Positions 43,928 to 52,671 of a stretch of DNA of 64,000 bases are shown one piece after another (position 1 is the stretch's first letter; the number at the start of each line of letters is the position of its first letter). Both the position numbers and the translations under genes were made by a program. This stretch comes from a virus (lineage: Duplodnaviria > Caudoviricetes), in IMG/VR virus record IMGVR_UViG_3300032227_000976, positions 5,239-69,238 of that record. One strand, given 5' to 3'. Below the pieces are notes generated by a model. The model was not told where the DNA came from. It did no database searches and was given only the letters and a program-made list of their open reading frames with translations.

Positions 43928-45160
43928 GTGAACGCGTTCGCCCCGTTTAATGTGAAGGAACTGTGCGACGCACAAGTTGCGGATCGTGGTGTTGGGGAGA
44001 TTTACGGCGACCATTTCGCTGACGTGTTTGACGTCGGGATGCTCTATGTCGCGGAACTTATCGGGCAGTGGGGTTCACATCCGATCCGGTTCATTCTCAC
44101 CGATGAAGTGCGCATCGAGGCCAATGTCGATCTCGTGTTATCGGTTGACCCGCCGGTGACGAGGCGTGAGGAGCTCATTCCGGCCCGTGTCGCTGGGTTT
44201 GAGGTTGATGACTACATTCCGATTGCTGGTCTCCCGCAGGTTGTCACTGGATTGATTGTTGATTCACGCCCGGTGATTGGTATTGGTCCGTTGACGCAGT
44301 TGCAGACGTTCCCTGAGCCACGCAATGTGAACGTGCTCGCGACAAGCCGCTGGCTTCCATTGAAGTGGGCATTGGACCCGTGGTGCACGGTGTGGGAGCC
44401 GTTTTCTGGATTCGACCCTGACCCGATCGAGTCATTGACGGTGCGGGAGTTGTGCGACCTGCCGGATTGCCGCGACGGTGTCCAATATGTGGTGAAGGAT
44501 TTCCTTCAAGGTGGTAGGTATCGGATCCGCCCAGGGGACCGTAAGTACTGGCGGTCAAATCCGGGAACAAACCCGCAGTACCGGCCTCGATACTCGTATT
44601 ACCGGGATGGCGGATTTGTCAGGAACGCCTCCGTGTCGCTGTTTGGCGGCCGGCACATGTGGTGCGATGACATTGACTGGAATGCCCAAGAGGTGACGGT
44701 GTTTGTCGTGGCAACGCTGCATGAGCCTGCTGGGGAATGGTTTGGCGTGTTGGAGACTCAGGCCCCGAACGTGCAAGGGCTGGATCCGTTTTTCGGCATC
44801 AGGTATCACAAGAGCGGCGTGTTGGCGTTGTGGGCGGATTCGATGCTCCTGTCGACTCCATTGTCGAGCGGGATGGCACGCCCAGCGCAACCAGTCATCA
44901 TCGGTTTGAACATTGACATGACGAACAACACGGTGACGATGCTCAGCGCTGATTCAGGGGTGAAGGCGCAAACAACGTCGCTACCGCGCCGGTACGACAA
45001 CCGGTCTCGGTTGTGGCTGGGGCGTTCCCCGCAGGGACAGAACGCGACAGCGTCAATGGATGTCCTTGAAGTGTCGTATTGGGAGCGCAGGTTTGGTCCC
45101 GGGGATCTTGCAGCAGTCGTGGGCGAATACGACCGCATGTATGGAGTGACGACGTCATGA
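43928..45160 (+). CDS. Minor tail protein with C-terminal LamG/concanavalin-like domain (start uncertain, 43772-43952)
   Basis: EVTVFVVATL...LWLGRSP...MDVLEVSYW.R pattern. The ORF upstream of 43901 overlaps the previous gene. Confidence 0.7.
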   Translation: MNAFAPFNVKELCDAQVADRGVGEIYGDHFADVFDVGMLYVAELIGQWGSHPIRFILTDEVRIEANVDLVLSVDPPVTRREELIPARVAGFEVDDYIPIAGLPQVVTGLIVDSRPVIGIGPLTQLQTFPEPRNVNVLATSRWLPLKWALDPWCTVWEPFSGFDPDPIESLTVRELCDLPDCRDGVQYVVKDFLQGGRYRIRPGDRKYWRSNPGTNPQYRPRYSYYRDGGFVRNASVSLFGGRHMWCDDIDWNAQEVTVFVVATLHEPAGEWFGVLETQAPNVQGLDPFFGIRYHKSGVLALWADSMLLSTPLSSGMARPAQPVIIGLNIDMTNNTVTMLSADSGVKAQTTSLPRRYDNRSRLWLGRSPQGQNATASMDVLEVSYWERRFGPGDLAAVVGEYDRMYGVTTS

Positions 45161-45378
45161 CGACAATCATGAAGGCTGGGGCGAAGGATTTGCAGTACTT
45201 GATGGGCCGTTTGAAGCGCTCCGGGCACAGGGTGGAGATGCGCGGCAGCGGCCACTACATGGTGAAGCACCGGGATGGGATCGGGTTGGTGACGCTTTCG
45301 GCAACCCCTAGTGATCGCCGTGCTGTCCATAATGTTAGGTCGCAACTGCGCCGCGCTGGGTTCGGTGATGACATATGA
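45157..45378 (+). CDS. hicA: HicA-like mRNA interferase
   Basis: L...L.R.G..V..RGSGHYMV.H.DG...VT.S.TPSD.RA..N.RSQLRRAGF dsRBD-fold pattern. Confidence 0.7.
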   Translation: MTTIMKAGAKDLQYLMGRLKRSGHRVEMRGSGHYMVKHRDGIGLVTLSATPSDRRAVHNVRSQLRRAGFGDDI

Positions 45379-47561
45379 CGTTCACAGCCCCTGTTCCGCG
45401 TCTCATGGACAACAGCATGTCAGGCAGTTGGCGGGTGTGGGTGTACCCGTCTGGCGTGCGGTCGTTGGAGTCGGCGGTTGACGTGTCGTTTGTTCGTGGA
45501 GCGCCGACGATGGTGGAGTCGTTGGCGACTGCTGACCCGTTCGGGCCGACGACGGCGTCGATCAAGTTCCCGGCAGTGACCCTCCTGGACGCGATCGGCA
45601 CGTCGGACTTGTGGTGGCTTCAACCTGAGATGGACGTGGATATCGTCTGGGTTTTGGCGGATGGCTATGAGCCGACGTACCGCTGGGAGGGCTACATGGC
45701 CTCGTTTGAGTACAGCCCGACCGAGGCGGCGAGTGAGTTGTCGGTGACGTTGCGCGGGGCGATGTTCCAGATGGACAACTACCTGGCGAAGCCCGAGTAC
45801 GTGTATCAGCCAATCCCGTACGAGGTGGCGATCTCCCGCCAGTTCACGGGGAGACCGGATATGCGGATCGCGCCGCTGCGCACGGAATGGCCGTCGTGGT
45901 GGTCAACAAAGTTCAGGCTCGCCGACTATTCGAGCAAGCCCCTGTATTTGCGCCCGGTCGGACTGGAGGATGGTGCGAACTGGTCAGGGTCGGTGACCCG
46001 CTCCACGGGGTCATTTGACCAAGTTCTCACTTCCTATGTTCAGGGACTGTTGGCGAACATGTACACGGAGAGGGGCCAGTTCACGCTGGCGTTGGACGAG
46101 GGACGCCGGCCGGTACTGCGGCACCGCGACCGCATTACTTCTCCCGACGCGCGCACCCTTGTCGTGGACTTGCTGACACCTGGTGTGTCGATGTCGGCGA
46201 CGAAGGACTACACGCAGCGCTTGAACGCCGTGTACGGGCAGGGCAAGAGCTTGAACGGCTCAACGTTCTCCGGTATGCAGGTGTCCGCTGACGGTCAGAC
46301 GATCACGTACGCGCCGTATGCCGCGAGGCGTCAAGTGCATCCGATTGACGAGAACGACTGGTTTGACCGGTCGGTGATGCGCAAGGAAGTGAACCTGTCG
46401 TTCTATGAGGGCTTGAGCGAGGTGGAGGCCGCCGAGATCGCTAAGGGGCATCTGGCACGGTTCTCCGACCCGGGGGTGACGGGGACGATCACGCTGACTG
46501 CTGACCCGGTGCGTGGCGGCGTGTTCTTCTCCCGCTATTTGGTGACGGCGGGGATGAGCATCCAAGTGAAAGGCCTGTTCGGGAACCCTGACGGGGTGCT
46601 GTTCCATGTGACGGAGGCCAATGTTGGTCCGGAGGCGACGGAGCTGACGGTTGATGGGAAGTACCGCGACCAGTTGACGGTGCAGGAGGTGACGGCCCGT
46701 ACCCGTGATTCCCTCGCCCCAATCCGGTTGCTCACGGTCGGCCAGTACAAGCCGAACATCCCCGACATGCTGTTCCCGTGGTCGTACGCGGACGGGTCTG
46801 GGTTCGTGCCGAAGGGAAGCCAGAACTTGTTCGCTGGAATGCCGAGCCTGGTGACATTCCCGTGGGTGGACTGGACGCGGCAGCGCCCACCGAAAGACCC
46901 GCAGTGGTCAGCGAACTACATCCGGATTGGCCCGGCGTCGGGGAACGCTGACGGGAACTGGGCGAACAAGCGCCAGTCGAGGCAGGATTTTGCCGCGTAC
47001 CCGGTGCGCCTGTCACAGGCTGGGGAAGCGAGCCTGTTCCAGATCGCGGCCTATGACCAGTACGGGTCGGTGCTGAAGGTGCCGTTCCACGTGTCGCTGT
47101 ATCGGACGAATGGCGTGTCCTATTCGAGCATGCCTGCATTGGGGATCAGTGACGAGCCAGACAACACGCCATACAAGGCGGGGCAGCATTACCCGTTCTT
47201 CAAGCGTGCATGGGAGGAGTACGCGGAGGATGGCACCCAGTTGAACCCGGATCTCGTGGGTGCAGTGTCGACGGCGCAAATCATCATCGGCTACGGCAAC
47301 TTCTATGAGAAGGCCGGGTTTTGGCCGGGAACGTCTGCGGTGGCAGGCGCGAAGCCCACTGGACTGCTGTCAGATTCGAGTGGGTTCTCGTGGGACCTGA
47401 CGGATGCGGTGTACGGGGTGGATCCGCAGCGGTCTGCTGACGAGAATCTGCGCTACCCGAATAGGGCTGACGTGTACGTGATGGTCTACTGCGACGCCCA
47501 GCTGACACAAGACGTGTACTTCCTTGGTCGGATCTTCCGCAAGGAACCAGGAACGGCGTAG
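45375..47561 (+). CDS. Minor tail protein (tail hub/Tal-like, 728 aa)
   Basis: Size and position; DPGVTGTITL...VTAGMSIQV pattern. Confidence 0.75.
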   Translation: MTFTAPVPRLMDNSMSGSWRVWVYPSGVRSLESAVDVSFVRGAPTMVESLATADPFGPTTASIKFPAVTLLDAIGTSDLWWLQPEMDVDIVWVLADGYEPTYRWEGYMASFEYSPTEAASELSVTLRGAMFQMDNYLAKPEYVYQPIPYEVAISRQFTGRPDMRIAPLRTEWPSWWSTKFRLADYSSKPLYLRPVGLEDGANWSGSVTRSTGSFDQVLTSYVQGLLANMYTERGQFTLALDEGRRPVLRHRDRITSPDARTLVVDLLTPGVSMSATKDYTQRLNAVYGQGKSLNGSTFSGMQVSADGQTITYAPYAARRQVHPIDENDWFDRSVMRKEVNLSFYEGLSEVEAAEIAKGHLARFSDPGVTGTITLTADPVRGGVFFSRYLVTAGMSIQVKGLFGNPDGVLFHVTEANVGPEATELTVDGKYRDQLTVQEVTARTRDSLAPIRLLTVGQYKPNIPDMLFPWSYADGSGFVPKGSQNLFAGMPSLVTFPWVDWTRQRPPKDPQWSANYIRIGPASGNADGNWANKRQSRQDFAAYPVRLSQAGEASLFQIAAYDQYGSVLKVPFHVSLYRTNGVSYSSMPALGISDEPDNTPYKAGQHYPFFKRAWEEYAEDGTQLNPDLVGAVSTAQIIIGYGNFYEKAGFWPGTSAVAGAKPTGLLSDSSGFSWDLTDAVYGVDPQRSADENLRYPNRADVYVMVYCDAQLTQDVYFLGRIFRKEPGTA

Positions 47562-47570
47562 GAGGAACGC

Positions 47571-47939
47571 ATGGCATCAGTGATCTACGACCCGCTTGCC
47601 CGTCCGTGGCTTCAATACTTGATTGGCATCAAGTGCTTCGCAAGCCTGCACTATGAGGTACCGGATCCATCTGATCCTGCCGCGAGTGAGATCAGCAGCC
47701 CAACGTACGCCCGGTCGCCGTTGACGTGGGATTTCGCGAAGGACACGACACGGACGGCGTGGAATGTGCAGGATTTGACGTGGCTGAACTTGGACGCAGT
47801 GACCCTTGTCGGGGTGGGGGCGTGGACTGATCCGACGAAGGGGGAGTTCTTGCTGTTCGCGCAGCTTGATGACCCGTACCCGGTACCTGCGCGTGGCTCG
47901 TACACGCTGGCCGCGAATGGCCTGTTCGTGCACGTGTGA
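47571..47939 (+). CDS. Minor tail protein, paralogue of 43491-43901
   Basis: SLHY..P...SEI..PTYAR..L.W...VGVGAWT.PT.G.FL.FA.L pattern; RBS GGAGG. Confidence 0.7.
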   Translation: MASVIYDPLARPWLQYLIGIKCFASLHYEVPDPSDPAASEISSPTYARSPLTWDFAKDTTRTAWNVQDLTWLNLDAVTLVGVGAWTDPTKGEFLLFAQLDDPYPVPARGSYTLAANGLFVHV

Positions 47940-47956
47940 CTGCTGGTTTTGGGCAC

Positions 47957-48007
47957 AAAAAAAGACCCGTTTGGGGGCAGCCCGAAGGCTGCCCCCAAGG
48001 GGTTTAG
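47957..48007. terminator. Bidirectional terminator between the late arm and the leftward early region
   Basis: TTGGGGGCAGCC-CGAA-GGCTGCCCCCAA with an A7 run on the left (U-tract on the minus strand) and TTT on the right. Confidence 0.85.
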
Positions 48008-48390
48008 AAACTGTCCATGATGTCCGGGTCCGTGATGTCTGTGAACACACGCTTCTTATCGGACGGTGGGGTGTAGGCCGTGCGGGGCTGCGGGGAGTAG
48101 TTCGACGGGTTGGGTCTCGGGCCCCCGACTGGTGTCGGGACAGTGAGCGGCGGACTGCTGATCCGCTGATGCTCCAGACGCCTGCCGGCGTAGTCGCGAG
48201 GCCACGAGTCTGACCATTCGATGATGGAACGGAATGCGTCAATGGTGGTGAAGACGCGTGTGAGCACCCCTGCTGAGGCGCTGAACATGTTCAGGCGATT
48301 AAGCGCTGAGGTGCGGGTTGCCGGAGAAAATCCAGCGATTTGCTTGATGCCAAATACGGTGAGTAGTGCCGCAAGTATTGTGATAAGCAT
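48004..48390 (-). CDS. Hypothetical membrane-anchored protein
   Basis: MLITILAALLTVFGI N-terminal TM; RBS GGAG; Pro-rich C-terminus. Confidence 0.65.
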   Translation of the reverse strand: MLITILAALLTVFGIKQIAGFSPATRTSALNRLNMFSASAGVLTRVFTTIDAFRSIIEWSDSWPRDYAGRRLEHQRISSPPLTVPTPVGGPRPNPSNYSPQPRTAYTPPSDKKRVFTDITDPDIMDSF

Positions 48391-49220
48391 GTATCTCCAT
48401 TCTCCATTTCGATGGCACGGTGCCATCCTTGCTTGTATCGGGTGATCGCGTAGTCCATGACTTCGTCGAACACCTGGGGGTCGGTCATCCACTGCGATTC
48501 CTCGAACCCGCCATTCGCGAACTTCACTGCCAGTTCGAAGATTTCCTCGAACGGGCAGTCAGTTTCGCCTTCGCACGACCAGTTGTCGCAGTAGTAATCG
48601 TGGTAATCCCCTGAATGAGGGCAGATAGGTATCTCGGAGGCGTCAAGGGACTGCGAATATGCCATCCACATGCGCGTGATGTCTTTTGACCACTGCTTGT
48701 AGAACGCAGGATCGATCGGTGTGATCACCCACATCGGGACGATCGCATCGACTGTTCCATACCAACCGTTAGCGTCCCTGGAACAAAGACCTGGGATGTT
48801 GTGTTCCTGCGTATGCTGTCCGAAGGTCTGGTCCGGGTACCGGAGTCCCTTCACCCGCACCCACGGGATGACTTCAAGCCACTCTCGATCACCTTCACCG
48901 ATGAGCATGCCGAAGCCCATGTAACTGTCTCTCGCGTAGTCGTCGATTGAGCATTCGCTGATCGGGATGTCGAGCTTGCCGTTGGCGTCGTACGCGCATG
49001 TCCACGCCGTGGGCGCGGGCGTGAGGAACCCGCCGGACATGTCATGCGCGGACTGCGCTTCCTCGCGGCACCCGTACAACGTCATGTTCCACACCATCAG
49101 TCCGTATCCCGAACTTCCGGGGGTGAGCATTTCTCGTGCCACGCCGTCGTCATAGCCCGCGTACCAGCTTTTGAACGCTTCGGAGGGGGCCTTGTTGGCC
49201 CCCTCCTCGCGCTGCATCAA
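48291..49220 (-). CDS. Hypothetical protein (309 aa, acidic, Cys cluster)
   Basis: Long ORF coupled to the upstream stop; overlaps the next gene by about 100 nt. Confidence 0.75.
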   Translation of the reverse strand: MMQREEGANKAPSEAFKSWYAGYDDGVAREMLTPGSSGYGLMVWNMTLYGCREEAQSAHDMSGGFLTPAPTAWTCAYDANGKLDIPISECSIDDYARDSYMGFGMLIGEGDREWLEVIPWVRVKGLRYPDQTFGQHTQEHNIPGLCSRDANGWYGTVDAIVPMWVITPIDPAFYKQWSKDITRMWMAYSQSLDASEIPICPHSGDYHDYYCDNWSCEGETDCPFEEIFELAVKFANGGFEESQWMTDPQVFDEVMDYAITRYKQGWHRAIEMENGDTCLSQYLRHYSPYLASSKSLDFLRQPAPQRLIA

Positions 49221-50185
49221 GACGAGACTGCTTCCTCAACGTCTTCGACGTCGAGGCTTTCAGCGTTCTCCAACGCCTCGGCCTTAGCGGACTTGGCAGC
49301 GGCCTTCGATGCCTTTGCCTCATCTGCCTGCGCCTGCTCCTTGGCGACCCTATTTGCCTTAGAGATCTGCTTGGCCATCGCGTCGGCCGCGCGGATTTCC
49401 TCGGCCTCCTTGAACTTCGCCATGGAGTCGGCGTCGATCTTGGCGATCTTCGCTGCCTCGGTCTCGCTGCCAACTTCCTGCGCACGGAACATCATCGTGT
49501 AGGCGATCCCTGCAAGGGCGAACCCTGCGAGGACCATCATGGAGCCGATCCCGCCGCCGACGATGCCAGCGAGGGTGCCGCCGATGAGGGGCACGGATGC
49601 TGCTGCCGTGGCGACCACGCCGCCACTGACAGCATTGACACCGATGAGGGTGAAGAACGCCATTGCCGAGTAGTTCACGAACTTCATGGTGAAGCGTGAC
49701 AGTGCCGAGACGGTGAACCACTCGGACTGCTGGGCAGTGAACGACTTCACGATGTCAGCGGCGCTAGCAATCGCACCTGTGATGGTCCACGTGAGACCCT
49801 GAACCCAGTTGCCTGCGTCCTTGTTGGCCTTGCCGACTACCCGGGCAATCCGGTTGCCGATCCAGCCGATGCCCCTGTTCACTCCATGGAGTGTGCCGAT
49901 GACGGCCTTGGAGGCGAGCTTGGCGATGCTGGTGATGGCGTTGATGGCCATGCCGTAGCCCTTCTCGGATGCGAGAAGGAGTGCGCCGCCCATGCTGATG
50001 CTGAAGGCGTTCTTGCGCACGATGGTGGACGCGAACGTCCAGGCGTAGGTCCAGCCGCCGCGTGCGGCGAGGAACGCCTTAGCCGCGAGCAGCTTCGCCC
50101 ACGACAGTGCGGTGGTAGCGGCGGCGTTGACCTTTGCCGCCACGGTGGTGCTTGTGCTGCGAGGTGCAGCGATTGTTGCGCTCAT
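49217..50185 (-). CDS. Multi-pass membrane protein with Ala/Lys-rich C-terminal coil
   Basis: Several hydrophobic helices; RBS AAAGG before ATG 50185. Confidence 0.8.
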   Translation of the reverse strand: MSATIAAPRSTSTTVAAKVNAAATTALSWAKLLAAKAFLAARGGWTYAWTFASTIVRKNAFSISMGGALLLASEKGYGMAINAITSIAKLASKAVIGTLHGVNRGIGWIGNRIARVVGKANKDAGNWVQGLTWTITGAIASAADIVKSFTAQQSEWFTVSALSRFTMKFVNYSAMAFFTLIGVNAVSGGVVATAAASVPLIGGTLAGIVGGGIGSMMVLAGFALAGIAYTMMFRAQEVGSETEAAKIAKIDADSMAKFKEAEEIRAADAMAKQISKANRVAKEQAQADEAKASKAAAKSAKAEALENAESLDVEDVEEAVSS

Positions 50186-50279
50186 TGCGCGTGTCCTTTC
50201 ATGATGCTGCTGGGACCTTCCCAGAAGCACGAAGACCCCCAGTCGGATGACTGGGGGCCAACGTGAAGCGGGGATGGTG

Positions 50280-50450
50280 CTACATGTCACTGCCGCAGTT
50301 CGGGCAGTGGCAGTCCGACTCGTACCCGTTCGCGCTCATGCGCATACGGGAGCGGATCTGCTTCGGCTGCGGGACATACCCCGGCGGCCGGTACGTGAGG
50401 AACTTCGACAGCAACACAACGCCGACGCCGATCAGGAAAAGAGTGAGCAT
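50280..50450 (-). CDS. Small membrane protein with CxCxxC tail (56 aa, MLTLFLIGVGVVLLSK...)
   Basis: Read by eye; RBS AAAGGA. Confidence 0.65.
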   Translation of the reverse strand: MLTLFLIGVGVVLLSKFLTYRPPGYVPQPKQIRSRMRMSANGYESDCHCPNCGSDM

Positions 50451-50461
50451 GGTGATTCCTT

Positions 50462-50647
50462 TCAGTTGAATGCGTGAATGCTTTTAAGGATGCTGCCGCG
50501 CTCATTGCCAGTCAGGCACAACCAGCAGGAGAGCGTGTCGTCCTTGACGACTTGGAGTGAGGAGACGCGGGCACGGCGGTTGCACCGTTCGCACCTCATC
50601 CGCTCCTCCGTGGTCTCGTTCATGAGCCGTGCGTCTGCCCGGCTCAC
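50462..50647 (-). CDS. Small Zn-finger protein
   Basis: CERC...CWLC pairs; coupled to the upstream gene. Confidence 0.6.
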   Translation of the reverse strand: MSRADARLMNETTEERMRCERCNRRARVSSLQVVKDDTLSCWLCLTGNERGSILKSIHAFN

Positions 50648-50820
50648 TGCGTGCCGTCCGATGCTTCAGCGTCCCAGTTCAACTGCAACTGGTCGTCTGC
50701 TGCGGGCTTCGCATTGAGCGCGTTCAATGCCTCGTACAATGCGACGCCGGCCAAGAGGACAGCGGTCATCTTCATGGCAATGTCAGTGGCCTTGCCGAGG
50801 TATTCGGCTGGATCTGGCAT
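50644..50820 (-). CDS. Small membrane protein (58 aa, MPDPAEYLGK...)
   Basis: RBS AGAAAGG after a hairpin; one hydrophobic segment. Confidence 0.65.
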   Translation of the reverse strand: MPDPAEYLGKATDIAMKMTAVLLAGVALYEALNALNAKPAADDQLQLNWDAEASDGTQ

Positions 50821-50869
50821 GTGGTGCCTTTCTGTGGAAATGGAAAAGCCCCGCCAATTGGCGGGGCCG

Positions 50870-51031
50870 TTACTGCTTGCCTTCTTCGTTGTTCCAATCG
50901 CAGGAGGTGTACCCAAACCCTCCGTTGTTCCAGCACTTGCCTGCCGTGAGCGTCGTGGCAAGGAATGACACCGTGACGATGGACAAGATGACGACGTACC
51001 ATCCGAGTTTCGTCAGCTTGATGTCATGCAT
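50870..51031 (-). CDS. Small membrane protein (53 aa, MHDIKLTKLGWYVV...CWNNGGFGYTSC)
   Basis: Read by eye; one TM followed by a Cys pair. Confidence 0.6.
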   Translation of the reverse strand: MHDIKLTKLGWYVVILSIVTVSFLATTLTAGKCWNNGGFGYTSCDWNNEEGKQ

Positions 51032-51050
51032 CGCCGCACGCCGTTGTTCT

Positions 51051-51204
51051 CATTGCTGGTCTCCTTCGGAAATAGGAAAAGCCCCCAGGCAGTGAGCCTG
51101 AGGGCTGAGGATGTATCAAAAGGTTCTGGGCATAGATCTCCCGTCGCCTGATAGATCAATTATAGCGCATTTTGAGACATAACTGAACAGTGCTCAGTTA
51201 TGTC
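51051..51204 (-). promoter_or_regulatory. Promoter-leader-hairpin-RBS unit (family B copy) with 11-bp inverted repeat over -35
   Basis: TTCAGT-17-TATAAT (51187-51159); IR GACATAACTGA/TCAGTTATGTC 51176-51204; hairpin 51080-51106; TTTTCCTATTTCCGAAGGAGACCAGCAATG. Confidence 0.75.
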
Positions 51205-51554
51205 GCGACGACGCGGAAGTCAGACGGTTTGTGCATGAATAATGGGTCATCGTGGAACGTGCGGCAGAGATCGTCGATCTCGGCCTGCGCCTCCTCGATG
51301 CTGTCGAACCGCCACGGGCTGTCGTCATGCGTCCAGTTGGCGTCGTCCCATCCGTGGGAGAAGAGCATCTCGACGAGGTACTTGGGGGTCTCGCTCTTGG
51401 CCGTGATGTCCTTCTTTTCGACAACATTGCGCCAGTAGTCGCGTTCCTCGCGAGCTGACTTCAACTCCGCGAGGAGTTCACCAGTTTCCCGGGTGAGTCT
51501 TTCGAGGTACTCAATGCGCCCGGCGATGTCTCCCGTGCTGGTCATGTCCTGCAA
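51198..51554 (-). CDS. Hypothetical protein whose N-terminus is homologous to the C-terminus of the BRO protein
   Basis: QDMT..GRIE.LER...AE.KS.RE.RDYWR is shared with 51934-52575. Confidence 0.8.
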   Translation of the reverse strand: MQDMTSTGDIAGRIEYLERLTRETGELLAELKSAREERDYWRNVVEKKDITAKSETPKYLVEMLFSHGWDDANWTHDDSPWRFDSIEEAQAEIDDLCRTFHDDPLFMHKPSDFRVVAT

Positions 51555-51598
51555 GGTGCAGCTCCAATCATGTTGTTCGTAGATTTGCCGCTAGGCGC

Positions 51599-51655
51599 TC
51601 CTAACGACAAGAAGCCCCACGACCTTTGGGGTCGTGGGGCAACTTGCTGCGAGGC
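51599..51655 (-). repeat. Family A intergenic hairpin repeat, copy 1
   Basis: GCCTCGC-AGCAAGTTGCCCCACGACC-CCAAA-GGTCGTGGGGCTTCTTGTC-GTTAGGA on the minus strand. Confidence 0.9.
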
Positions 51656-51657
51656 GT

Positions 51658-51825
51658 CTACTTGTTCTCGAAGAATCCGACGACGCCGACCTGAAGACCG
51701 AGGATCTCGAAGTGCTCGCGGATCTTCGCAAACTTCTTCATCGACGTGTGCAGCTCCGCGAACGGAACCTCAGCCTTCGGGAGGGACAGGCTGAAGATGA
51801 CGTACTGCTTCTTGTTCTTGCTCAT
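51658..51825 (-). CDS. Small hypothetical protein (55 aa, MSKNKKQYVIFSL...)
   Basis: Read by eye; RBS AAGGAGACCAGC; bounded by two family A repeats. Confidence 0.75.
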   Translation of the reverse strand: MSKNKKQYVIFSLSLPKAEVPFAELHTSMKKFAKIREHFEILGLQVGVVGFFENK

Positions 51826-51876
51826 GCTGGTCTCCTTGATTCATTGGTTGTTTATTCATTGGTTGCTGCTAGACGT

Positions 51877-51932
51877 TCCTAACGGCAAGAAACCCCACCA
51901 CCGGAAGGTGATGGGGCAACTTGGGGCTAGGC
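51877..51932 (-). repeat. Family A intergenic hairpin repeat, copy 2
   Basis: GCCTAGC-CCCAAGTTGCCCCATCACC-TTCC-GGTGGTGGGGTTTCTTGCC-GTTAGGA. Confidence 0.9.
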
Positions 51933-51933
51933 G

Positions 51934-52575
51934 CTACTTGAGGTTGATGAGGTCCGACATGACCGGGTCGCCGTAGATGTGGACCTCGGTCTTCGACAGC
52001 CCTTCGGCGACGGTGCGCCAGTAGTCGCGGTCCTCGCGGATGGACTTAAACTCCGCGACGAGCGTCCCGATGACGCCTTCCTGTTCCCGATTGATCCTTT
52101 CCTGTTCCCGATTGACCCTTTCGAGGATCTCGATGCGCCCGACGAGTGCCGCCATGCCGGTCATGTCCTGCACGTCCTGCATGGGCGTGCCGTCGGTGCT
52201 GATCGCCTCGCCGCGGCGGATCGCCGGGAGGAGCTCCTCGACGACCCATTCGCGGAACTGCTCGGCGCGGGCGGTGTTGCCGCGCATCATGAACTCATAC
52301 AGCCCGTACTCGCTGATGAGGGAGCGGTTCGGATTACCGGCCGAACGATCAAACATCGTTTGGTTCTCGTTAATTACCCTATCAAAGAGAGGGTTAATCG
52401 AACGGATGTCGATCTTGGCCTTGTACTTGTCGCGCACGTATTTCGTGACGTTGTACGCGTCTCGTGCTCCGTACGCCTGGGCGATCTCTTGGGCGAAGAA
52501 CCACAGGTGACCGTGCTGGTCTTCCAGGACGCCGACGGTGATGCCGCCATATTCGGCGGTGTGTGAGTACTGCAA
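51934..52575 (-). CDS. BRO-N domain (antirepressor-like) protein
   Basis: LWFFAQEIAQAYG...LISEYGLYEFMMRGNTARAEQFREWVVEELLPAIRRG; TTG start behind GGAG. Confidence 0.85.
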   Translation of the reverse strand: MQYSHTAEYGGITVGVLEDQHGHLWFFAQEIAQAYGARDAYNVTKYVRDKYKAKIDIRSINPLFDRVINENQTMFDRSAGNPNRSLISEYGLYEFMMRGNTARAEQFREWVVEELLPAIRRGEAISTDGTPMQDVQDMTGMAALVGRIEILERVNREQERINREQEGVIGTLVAEFKSIREDRDYWRTVAEGLSKTEVHIYGDPVMSDLINLK

Positions 52576-52614
52576 GGTGTCTCCATTCATGTTGTTTCGC
52601 GTTGCAGTAGGGGT

Positions 52615-52670
52615 TCCTAACTGCAAGAAGCCCCACCACCTGACGGTGATGGGGCAACTTGGGGCTAGGT
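52615..52670 (-). repeat. Family A intergenic hairpin repeat, copy 3
   Basis: ACCTAGC-CCCAAGTTGCCCCATCACC-GTCA-GGTGGTGGGGCTTCTTGCA-GTTAGGA. Confidence 0.9.
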
Positions 52671-52671
52671 G

